Made by a program: the position numbers and the translations under genes. Below, one piece after another: positions 39,717-51,800 of a DNA stretch of 64,000 nucleotides (its first letter is position 1; the number at the start of each line of letters is the position of its first letter). Origin of the DNA: Botryllus schlosseri (lineage: Eukaryota); NCBI GenBank assembly GCA_051294905.1, contig CM119372.1, positions 22,322,001 to 22,386,000 on the forward strand. Direction: 5' to 3'. The notes under the pieces are model-generated. The model ran no database searches and was not told where the DNA came from. It saw nothing but the letters and a program-made list of their open reading frames with translations.

Positions 39717-39886
39717 TTAAAATTTCGTTTTCTTAAATTGAGCTGTTTCCGTGAGACTTTTCTGGCACGCCGTTTCCACGATCCGGACTTGCTTGTACTC
39801 GTCGATGTGTACGATTTCCGGAGGCCGAAAGTCCATCAGCTTAGGAGGTTTCAGCACAGGACTCTCAGTGGAGCTAAGCTGCTCGT
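39717..39886 (-). CDS. TRAPPC10: TRAPPC10 terminal exon (DEQLSS...PPKLMDFRPPEIVH...KKTKF*)
   Basis: ttcag| phase-1 acceptor and TAA at 39719-39717; resembles the recalled TRAPPC10 C-terminal block (P.L..L....V). Confidence 0.75.
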
Positions 39887-42800
39887 CTGAATGGAACGTA
39901 AACGTAAAAGCGGGGTTACATCGGCAGAGCGGAAATGGTTTTTGCTTCATATTTCGGAGATATCAGAGTGCGACGGGGTGTGTTATGTGCTTTTTTTGAG
40001 GTTACGGACTGAAGAATAGAACGGGCTAATTCAATATCTTCATGGTCATCAATGAATACCATGCTTTTATTCCATTTACATGGGGAGTGATTCATACGTC
40101 TTTTTACTGCAGTGTCTGTATTTCCCCTCGGACGAGTCATTTTTGGACTATGGTCAAGTTCTAAAAAACATTCAATCAAGGAAATGCGAAGAGTGCCTAA
40201 TAAATAAATAAACGAGTCCTGTTAGGCCTCCACGAGAGCGTTTACACACTATTGGCTCGCCTTTATCTCGGGCTACATCCCTGCCTTCTCCTAATTTAGA
40301 TTTCACAGCAACATATTAGGTTAAAGCTACCAAAATGGACGCCCCAGCAAACATTAAGCTTGTCACCGACACTTCTCCGAAGCATGACTTCCAGCACAAT
40401 GATACGCAAAACCACCGAGACGCCAGCCTCGATTACTATAACAAATTAGGATCCTGTGGAATCAATAGTGGAACAGTATTATCAATCTCGCAGCAACGCC
40501 CAAATTTTACAATATTCTCTGGTTCGTTTCAACAGACTCTTCAATATCTGTAATACACCTCTGACTGGATGGTGCGTTCACAGTTGTATTCCTGTGGCGC
40601 ATCTTGTGAAATAGCGATCGGCATTACGACATTTGATGATTACGAAAGCAGTAAGCAGTGAAAGCGACTAACTGAACAGTTTCGAACAGGCAAACCTCCG
40701 TTTCATTGTTTACACCAGCTGTGGGAACTAGGGTTAGTTCGGATATCAATAATTTTCACTATCCGGATAACGGATATATCCGCATATTTGGAATTTAGCT
40801 AACCGGTTAACCGGATAGTGAATCCTAAGTGAGATAATCGATTTCACGAGGTCTGCATGAAAAATGGATCGCAAAATCGTTACACAATGTAATTGCAGCT
40901 CTCTCCTTATAAAGCACACCGCATCAATTGTGGCATCCTGTAGCCGGGACCGGAGTTTTGTAACAAAGAGTCCAGACGTATTAAATGCTCTTTCTGCTTC
41001 CACAAAATGGGCTGAACTATAGTAAGCAGCGATTCCTTTTTGCCCATTCTTCTGTTTAGGTGTCCAGTACTGGAAGGACGAGTAGCTGATACCGGAATTG
41101 AGGCCGACATGATAGCTCGCTCTAATTCATCCATGAGAAATTCACATGATCAGGCCCGTAGCCAGCCGAAAAATAAGGGGGGTGTTTTAAATAAAACGAG
41201 ATGGTTTCGATTTTTTTTCGAATTTAGTATCAGCGGAAATCAATTACGCTTGCACGCACGAACATGTTTCCGGAATGCGAACATTCGTTGTCATTCAGTT
41301 TCGCAATGTCACTCATTAATCACAATCGCTGATCATAATAATCTCAGCGGCATATTGTCTCCAAGCCACCAAGAGGTAGGAGCCAACGCATGCCAGGCCC
41401 GAGACTATGGTTTCGTCAGCGATGATATCGTTCGTACCATGCCTATTGCAGATGCGATTATGTAGGCCAGTGATGGTATAATGTCCACAGAGCCTATTGC
41501 AGATGTGATTCTGCCAGCGGAACTATAGGCTTGCTGAAGACTCGAAAAATCAGGCCAGCAACGATAGCCGAGTTCACGGCAATCAATGAGCTATTGTGGC
41601 GATCTTCTCAGCACGAGATAGCGTCGCGTTACACAGTGCATTGACGTATCCCGCTAATTGGTGACACGGTTCTCGCTAATTGGCCGCGCGAAACACTGAT
41701 AATACGACTTATTGAAGCTTCCTGAAAGTTTAAAGCACATTATTAACGATACTATCTTATCCGGTAAACCGGCAGATTTATATCCGGATATCGGATAATA
41801 AAAAAAAACGCGGTTAACCGTTATCCGGATAGTCCAACCCTAGTATATATTATATTTAGAAGGCTAACCAAAATCGCATCGGGTGGAATACAGATTATTT
41901 TTGCTATTTTGCTTGAATGCAAGCAGAGGCGGTCAAAGTAGCCATCATTAGCACTCAAGCGGAAGTAATGACGAGGACGGAAGTAATGACGAGTAGAAGC
42001 AACGTTTTCCAAGTATGTATGGTAGTCCTAGTTTTGTCAATATATCTGACTCAGTTAGGTAGAATTACTCTGTTACTGACCGCCTCCACACGTTAGAAAC
42101 GGAAACAAAGCAAGACGTTTTCAGGGTATCAGGCATGGAAAACTGGCAGAAAGCAAGGAATATCTGATCCTGGTCAATCCCCAGCAACCCTAACATAGGG
42201 TTACCATACGTCCTCTTTTAAGAGGATTTGTCCTCTTTTTTGACTTTTTTGAAAGTGTCCTCGGAGGACGCCCTTTTGTCCTCTTTTTAAATATTGAGGT
42301 CATATTTAGAGCAAAATGCGAGTGATATGCCGTAAATTAGCACGGTATTTTGAGCTCTGAGCAAAAAGATGACCTTTTTTTTATAGTCAACCACCCGGTA
42401 ATGTGGAAGAAGAAACTGTATTTTGGGCTCTGAGCCGGAAAGTTGACCTTTTTTGTTTTTAGTCAACCGATCACAAAGTGGGAAAAGTTCACCGAATTTT
42501 GAGAATTCCTCTCCGGTTTTGCAAGTCTCAAATTTCTGAAAAAGTGTCCTCTTTTTAGATTTCCAAAATATGGTAAGCATACCCTAACAACTGAAAAATA
42601 TATTGATATTGGAAATAATCCGAATATTTCTGGCCGACATTCGTCAGGGGTATTCGTCAGCAGCTAGAAGAGAATTCTTAACAACTTTGCATGTTAACAG
42701 TCTTTGCGGTCAGTAGGTGCAACTTACGGCAGCCCATCTTATCCCTGTAACACGCAAGGACGTTCTTCCTGCATATCAACAACTATGACTGTCGATATAC

Positions 42801-45800
42801 AAATATTCAGATTATTTCCATAAGAATATATTATTAATTGTGAATTGAGGTTCTGTACCTCCAAGAATCTCTTCAAAACCCTAATAACGCCGGTGCCAGT
42901 GACGGCATTCAGGGATTATGCCTAGCTGCCGGTAATCATCTGACGTTCCACGTACCAAATTCTCCGGAGCGCCTTTTCAAATATCTCTGCAGGGTTATGA
43001 CCGGGCGATGAAGGAAGCCGGCGACAAGCGGCATGATCTCCAAACTGGCTTTCGCGACAGGCGGACCCAGATCCGCGGTTTCGATGGACGAGAGAGGCAC
43101 CGATATCACGCCCGTGCTCTTGCCGCAGACAGCCCACCGTCCGCGAGTGTCAATTACTGCGGAGAAACGATTGCCTAACATTTACTTGACTCGAATCATT
43201 ATAATTAATACTCGATTCGTATTACGTACTCGAGGTGGACAGTAACGAAGTAGCTGTAGTTTTTCCGAGCACCCCAGCCGGTTTTGCCCACTTGTACTAC
43301 TTACTCACGATGTTATATATGTAGACTACTCCGACTTCTACTTGATGGTCTTTTATTCAAAACTACATGCTTTTTTCACATTGTGTGTTAAAAAGTAGAA
43401 GATAGTTTTGGGTGAAATTGTCATAAGAAGGAAGAACCGCGTGAAACAGCCTCACATCACGGCCAACTAAATATATTTTCGAAGATTGTAACTATTTGCA
43501 GTGTCATTTGTAATTTTGCGTTAGTCACGTAGACACATCTGGCAATTTTGAAAGCAGCCACTTCCTATTGACCTATTTGACTGAGAACAGTTTTAATAAG
43601 TGTCACTAATTAGGTCACCAACATCTCAGAAAGGTTCAAATTTTGCCGGAAAGGTCTGATTACTGGCAGCGCGTTTCCGCCATAATTGCTGTGGATTGAA
43701 TTTTTAGAAATTTCTCGTTGAAATATTTCAGCAACCGTGAGTGATTGCATATCTGGCAGGCCCCAGTTCTCTTCTAATCACAACTCTAGTTCAATAGTAA
43801 TATTGGTAAACTCTGCCAGGCCAATACAATCAGGTTAAGTGCCGCGTGTTATTGTGTTGAACGCCGACGTATCAGTTTATTACAAACTTCATCATTTCAA
43901 CACTACAATACAATGAAAAGATAGCAAGGGCATTTTGAGCATTCTGAATCCCAATGTCTTGATCGGCAGGGTAGAGGTAGGACAGTAGAGAGTAGAAAAA
44001 GCCACACGCTGACATTCACTCACCGTGGTACATGAGCAACTGCTGACTGCCGCGAGTATGTTCTTGTTCGGGATCGCGTCGGATGCGTTTCACAGTAATA
44101 TTCAAAGTCGTCATTTCACCAACCACAAGTTCATGCCCGTCTGCGCCGATATTCAATGACACCGTGTACAGAGGCTGCTGGAACAACGATTACATCGTCA
44201 CTAAATCTAATGACTCGAGTCGCGATTTTTTGGTGATCGATTTTTCCAGATACGTATTGTGCATGACTCGGACCTAGTCATATGACCCGAGAAGGACGGC
44301 CAAGAAATTTTATTGTAACTTCGAAGAATAGTAAAGTTCCAACATTATTTTGATTTCGTCTATCAGTCATGATTCTTAGAAAATAGGGCCAGAAACTGTT
44401 AAGACTGAGGAAAATTACTATATTACGAATGCGAGCCATTCTATATCACTCGAGCAGAGTTGAAAACGTGGATTGGACTCGAAACTGAACAGTGAACATA
44501 ATGACTTTGACTCGAGTCCCAACACTACGACTCGGACTCGACCCTTTACTTGCTGACTTGGACTCTGTGGTGAATTGAGAATGACTCGACCTGACTTGAG
44601 TCAAAACTATGATAGTGAGATTGACTTGTGACTCGGAACCTTGGGATGTGGTTACAGCCCAGGCTTTTAGAAGTACAAAACTTCTACGTCGGAACAAACA
44701 CTAATTTCATAATGCCAAATTCCTCCACTCTTAGCTTTTCGACTGACTCTCGTAGGGAGGGAACATCAGTAATTGCGGTTAATCAAACTCGAAATATGGA
44801 AAGAATTTTGTTGTTGTGATGTAATAACGACATGTACACATAGTCGCGGATGACTGAGTAGTGAGCACTCAGCCAGCTCCGTACACATCAAACAGTACAT
44901 GCCACATCAAATTGAATGGACCGTGCCCGACCTCAACAATGTCTGACTCGAACTTGTAGGTGACCGAGGACGCATGCGTGTGGGCATCGTCCGATAAGAC
45001 TTCGGCATGGAAATGAATGCTGTAGTCCTGAGGAGACGTGGACGAATATACGACTTTCCACGCAAATGTGACCTTCTGTGCTGGGGCAATTTTCTGGAAA
45101 GAGAGCAGTTCAATACATAAAATCATGTGTCAAATTTACGCTATTCGGTAGGTACGTGTAGTACCAAACAAAGTGTTTCTTCACTCAAATTCATAGCGAA
45201 ATAATGTCTGAATCAGTCCACATCATTCATTACACTACATTTCACTACTATAAGACACTCAAGTTCCACGCTACCCTCGGCAGACTATAAAAAATACAAG
45301 ACACAGCTTGTATTCACTTTCTCCATATCACTACTTCTTTGGAGTAAGTATGGCATTTTACTGTTACCCCGATTGGTCAATTTGGTGCCAATATTGCCAA
45401 TTTGATTTATCGTAACCTATGATTAGTGTTGGTGCATGGTGTGAAGAAATGTTCTCAATTCTACTCGCCCCACGATCTAATTCATGGCTTCTCAATCTAC
45501 CAATGAATCATGTTCGATTTTGCGAGGACCAGTGATATATCCGCGTATGAATATGATACAGCAGCCTGGATGCAATTTTACCTCTGCATTGCAATTAGGT
45601 CAACGTGACAATTAGTTTCATGACCATATCGATTTCAGAGCTCTCTTACACCAAGCATAAAACATTATCAATAACCGATCATGTCATCCTCTGTCATAAG
45701 ACCCATAAAACGTATTTGCCGTTAAAGGGTTTGCTACAACTCAGTGCGAGCCTTCAAAGTTAACGACACAACACCGACCGAACGACCAATCAGGTTGCAA

Positions 45801-48800
45801 ATCATACTGCCTGTTTTCCTGCAAACCAATCACGTTTCAAATTGACTGGAGGATTTTTTGAATAGGTAGAAGGAGCATACGATGTATGCCAAGATTCAAT
45901 ATTTGTCTGCGACGACAATTAAAACTCGACTGGCACACCCAGAGTAAACAGAATAGTTCACTGGAAACAAAAACGGTCGCCATATCAACGTGGATACCAC
46001 AAGTTACATTGGGTACGTTCATACATGAATTTTGAATATAACCCAGAATTATTCCCATCAGGGCAGAAATCCTCAGAATTATCTCAGCACTGACAACAGT
46101 CCGCAATTTCCGGGATTTGGAAGTGAATGCAGGTGCCGAATTTGGATTTCAAAACATGAACTTATACTTGCAGTTTACCGAGTAATGGTCGCCTGGATTA
46201 CGGATACACACTGAGATTGCAAGGTCAAACACGTCATCTCTGCGGCCAAATGCCCTTGAATAAGGCCAGTTCAATCCTCTTAATGACACTACAACGCAGT
46301 GAGTCCCAAACTGTGTGCCGCAGCACCCTAGTGTTTCCCATTACAGATTCTCAGGTGTGTCGCGAATTTTAGAAAATAACTGTTGATATATTTAAAACAA
46401 AGCATGCAGACAAGATGGCGGGTTGACACTCTGTATCGGTCTGACTTATTTGAAAAACTGAACAGATTGAATTTTGAGTGTCCGAGGACCACCTGACAAT
46501 ATTATTTCAGCCACAGAAAAATTATGATCATTAGACAAAAAGTTGATGTTGTGCAAGTGTAACGCCAATGCTTACAAGATAGTATTTGATTGGTTTCCAG
46601 CTCCTAATGAATCTACTTATCAACAACAAATTGATCCGCAAGCACCAGTGTACCCAGAAAAAGTTATCTCGGCTGAATATGAACGAACATAACTCCAAGG
46701 GAACTTTGAAGTCTCTGCTTAAGCACTGCCGTGACACTGCATTCACCCGAATGAAAGACGATCCTAGCCTCCCATGGGGTGATCGGCGTAACATCTGGGG
46801 GCTTCGAAAGAAATCTAGTTACACTAAGGACGGAGATAATAAAGTTGGATTAGCGATAAGAGCGCCTTTACGCATTATGACGCAACAGATAACACGCCGC
46901 TTGATTGAAAACTCGGGACACCTCGACTAAAACCATCGCGCGTAACCTTTTCCAACTGTATGTGTCCCGATTAGCAGGATTTAATCACACGATTAGCACT
47001 CTTCCGGATCAGCGAACTTTAAACTTCATTATCTCCACCTAAAATGGGTCCCGATTAGTAGTTTTTAATCACATGATTAGCATTTTCCCGGATAACCTAA
47101 CTTTATTATCTCCGCCCTTAATCACACACAAAAAAATTTCAAGTTAAGACAATCCGATTGAAAATAGTCAACTTCATGTTAATTTAGGAAAATCTACGAA
47201 ACATTTTGTCAGGTCCACGGTCCCTTTCGCCCTCTGGCTACACCTAAACATGAGCATATTGTCTGGACTTCTAATTAGCACTGCAACATTCTCAGAATGA
47301 AGTGCTGACAATTTTAGACGGTAGTTGATCCGTTCGAAAGCAATGAATCAAGCAATTTTTTACAGAAGAACAATTCATAGATTTAAGAAACGACACGTTT
47401 ATTAAAACGCTGTTTCCACAAACAATGTACGATGTTGGGTTATTAAAATTTTAGAATGTTGTCTGTTTTCAACATATCCTTTCTCTCGGCTGACGCCTAC
47501 CTTCTTTTCGTTTGCCTGCAATCCAGACACGGCAAAGCCACGGCCCGACGGTTTCAAAACGTAATCGGCCAGAGAAAAAGAGTGCGGCGAACAGTTTTCA
47601 ACTTGCACGCTGACGACGCACTGCAAGGCGCCCGGCGATTCGGGCTTCTTAGATTTCAAGTAGGCTCGCAAAGACCGGCTGCTGAAACGCATCAGCTTGA
47701 GGAAATTGACTGAGGCCGCTACAGGCTGCACTTCATCCCAAGGCAGGTTGAAAGAAATCTGAAACGCAGACAGAGATATGATCATATGGATGGCGCGGCT
47801 GAGTGGCGGAATGCAAGATTACTATCGACAGTATGATAACATTGAATCAGTGCTTTTCAACCAACTTGCACGGATGAGAAAATTGCAGTGTGGATGAATA
47901 TTCTCCATATTTATTTCTACTGCTCTGTCGTGGAAGGTCATTGATAAAGTGGTAGCCTACTTGTTGATCATTTGACTAAAAACGTTTTGAATCTGTTCTT
48001 TTTTTTGTTTAATGATTATTGATGGGTTTGTGCGGATGATATCTTTGGAAAATTATAGTGCGGATGATTCTCGGAAAGGTTGAAAAGCACTGCGTTGGAC
48101 TATTCGTATATTCTGCGATGCCTAATGCCGTCTATCCAATCACGTCATCGCTCTTACAACTGTTCCGAGCGAGAGAGGGCCATAAGTACTATTGGATTGA
48201 TTTAATAGAGCTGAAAGAGTTCTACGACAAACGCCTATCAAACCTGAAGTACTAGTTTGTCACGCAGCAGCTGTTTGATTGTAATTAAATGAGGTTCATA
48301 CTGGACCTATTATTATCGTCTGCTATAATTGCCGTCTGATTGGAAGTTCCAGTTGAAAGACGTCACATTGTTATTTCACTCTCAAGACTACCTTCATAGT
48401 TGCATAATATACTGCCTAAACTTTTTCGGCTTGTTGGGCATTAGAAAAATTATGGAACGCTCGCAGCACACTGACAAGAAAGTTCCTCGAAGAATTCCAT
48501 TCATGTGGTAATGCAATGGCTATACAATTGGATTGAGGTTTAATTGTTGACAGCCATACCCGCATTTCGTGGTTTTCCTAGTAATGTCTTTCGGTTACAG
48601 TTTCAATTTCATTCCTGCTCACACACCCATTTAGATGCAAATGACAATAACATGTTGATTTGATTGTACTTATAATGACATAGAATTTGGTGGAAGACAT
48701 TCAAAAATCATCAAATTTTTCATGGATAGAGCCCCTTGAAAAACAACGAATTTTGTAAATCAAGAGTAACTAGCACAACAGCAATCACAAAACCAGAGAA

Positions 48801-51800
48801 TAGAATGAAAACCAAAATGGCAAAGCATGGCACAGGAATGATATTTCTAAAAGCACGCTACAGATAGTTTTGTATTTGGACGTCTGTTTATATGTTTGCT
48901 CTTCTTACATCCACTCTCGATAAGAGGCACACGAAAAGTCTTTGAGTAAATAAAGGATACTACTGAGGGCTTGGAAGCAATATTCATGTTCAGTCAACTC
49001 TAGTGTCGCCAGTCACGTATTCACATCTGTAGAAAACGCCGGTGTTATTAACAAAAAGTTGGAGCGATATTGGTGTCGGCTAAACATTTCGATCGTGCTC
49101 TACTACATAGCTTCTTACATTGCACACAACTTTGTTGTCATCGTCCTCAGGATTCTCGTCATGAACGACAAGTGGACGTCTTTGGTGAACGCTGGATTTT
49201 GTGCTTTCGTTGCGAAGCAATGACGCCGACAGCTGTCGCGAGTGAAAATATGTCAGCATTATAAAACGAGGCTTCTAAATGAAGAAATTGATTGTCGCAA
49301 GCAACAGTAGCAGGGTTGCTGTAATGAACCGAACCTTCACGGTCAAACGCAAGGATTGATACGGCCAATTTCTAGTTCTCCAATGACGCCAGAAAGGGAT
49401 CGTGATTTTGTACTTTGTTCTTGATTAATCATAGGTATTTCTAGTAGGATAGTACAGGCATAGGCGCCGAACCTGGGTATGCAAGGTATGCCACGCATAC
49501 CTAGACATTTTTAGGTATGCGGCATACCTAGAATTCGGTTTGGCATATTTCGGCATAAACCCCCGATTGTGTGATTTAGAACAAATCGCAATGTACCGTA
49601 TATCCGTTTACGACATTACCTGCTGCTGCGTACGTGAGCGAAGTAACCCGTTGCGCGCGGCGAATTAGCGAGAAGCGTGATGTCAATTAGCGAGATTCGT
49701 CTGTGCAAAATGTAACGCAACGCGATTTCCCGCTGAGATGATCGCGAAATTATGTTATTGATTGCTGTGCGCTCGGCAATCGTCGCTTGCCTGATTTATC
49801 GCGTCTCCAACAAGCCTAGTTTCACTGGCTTGAAGAATCACATCTGCAGTAGGCCCGGTGCACACTATACCGTCGCTAGCATGCACTATCGCATCTGCAT
49901 TGGTGCGCACGATATCATCGCTTGCCTATACAATCGCATCTGCAACAGGCCTGGTACAAAAGATATCATAGCTGGCTAACTATCGCGTCTCGAGCCTAGC
50001 ATGCGTTGGCTCCTATCTCACGATGGCTTGGAGACAATGCCGATAGGTGTATGCTGATTAGTAATCGAGTGACATCGCCAAACTGAATGACATCGAATTT
50101 CCGAAGACATGCGCGATTGTACGTGCGCCGTGCATGCATAATTGAATTCCGCTAATACTTGAACATGACCATAAGAAGATGTTTGTCAAGGCTTGAGTTG
50201 TAAAAGATGAGAAAGGTTTCAACAACCTGAAATCAGTGCCATTATACAACAGATTCCAGAACAACTCGGACATTTTGCCTTGCAGAAAGCGTCGCCGAGG
50301 TTACGTAATACGCGTTTATATTTAATTGCTCGCTAGCGATCACGCTAATTGACAGCACTTCCGAACTCGTTGACAAGCTTATCATACGCGCAAGTTCGTT
50401 AATATGAGGTGATTGTATAATCGGCATTTCCGCATGCACTTATAACCCTCATGAATCGATGCTATATTAACCCTAATTTTCAATTCCGTCACATTATGAC
50501 GTCATTCCTTTGTGACGTCATCGATCCCGCATACCTAAGGAAAATTCGGCGTTCGGCGCCTATGCCTTAGAGGTCTGTGAACTAATTTTAGCGGTTTTAG
50601 GGCAACTATATCATCAAGAAACTACAAAAGCAGATTATTATTATCCTTTGGCAATGATGCCGTTTGCTTATATTAGGCATTAAATAAGATAAATGGAGTT
50701 GAGCTTGACGTGATGATCGTTTGCTTGTATTTTAGTCATCGGCTTCTAAAATTGAAATCTAGAAGGGTTTAAAAACCCCTGTTCTAGTAGGAGTAGTAGT
50801 TTTAGAAAATATGACGGAACATATACACAATGCACATTGCGATCAGTCCCAAACTTGTTTGTCGCAATTCGATTATTATAATCTGTGTGCTATATTGCAG
50901 AGAATTTGGTCGCAAAATATTTTCATTATTTACGCCCAAATATAGCTTGATGTTAGTGTACTTGCGTCTCCAAATGTCAACCCAAACAATACTCGCTTTC
51001 CGTGATGATTACATCGAGAAAGAACAGGGCTGTTGGTCGTGTAAAAACGCTGATAGTCACAAAACACAACAGAAACCTCGAGTGGATACAACTGATCAGA
51101 ACAGCTTGTGTTAGGTGTGTGGAAGTGCTCAAAGTTTTAAAACAACAGAAACATACCACAACATCCTATTGGGTGCAGGCAAGCACTCGAAGTTTTAAAA
51201 TGACATGGCCGAAATCAAACGTTTCAACAACCTAGCACAACAGCTTGTTGGGTGCGTGGAAGATCTCAAAGTTTTAAAATGACATAACAGAAACCTCGTG
51301 CAGAAATAACCCACCTTTCCCGGCGTCACACTCTTGACGTTGATCACGTCTTCCATCGAATAGCCGGGCGACACCCCGCTACCACTGTTTACGGACAAAT
51401 AGTCCTTGTCGCTGCCACCGTCCCATTGCCCGCCGTCAGTTTCATCGAGAATAACCTCCAGAAACTCATCGTTCTCCAAACGATTACCATTCTCCGTAGA
51501 ACTATCGGCTTTCTCCGGCTTTGGCTTCTTTTCAGCTCGGTCCGCCACTTCGCGGACGAAAGACAGAAATTTTTTCACCGGCGATTCCACGTTGCGCTTC
51601 GACAACGGCGACGGAGGCAATCGGATGTCGGGGTTGGCAAAGCTTTTCGTTCTGACGTGCTCGGCGCGTGGTGCGTTCGGGAGCAAGACATGCTCGGACT
51701 GAACGTGTTTGTGAATGGTGGTTGGCGGCGCGCTTTGCGTTCGTCTGTGGTGGCGGCGAGCTGTTTATCATTGTGGAAATTTAATTCGCGGTAGTAAAAA

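Noticed and set aside
51406..51794. Plus-strand ORFs overlapping the large TRAPPC10 exon
   Set aside because: They are antisense shadows of a GC-rich coding exon.
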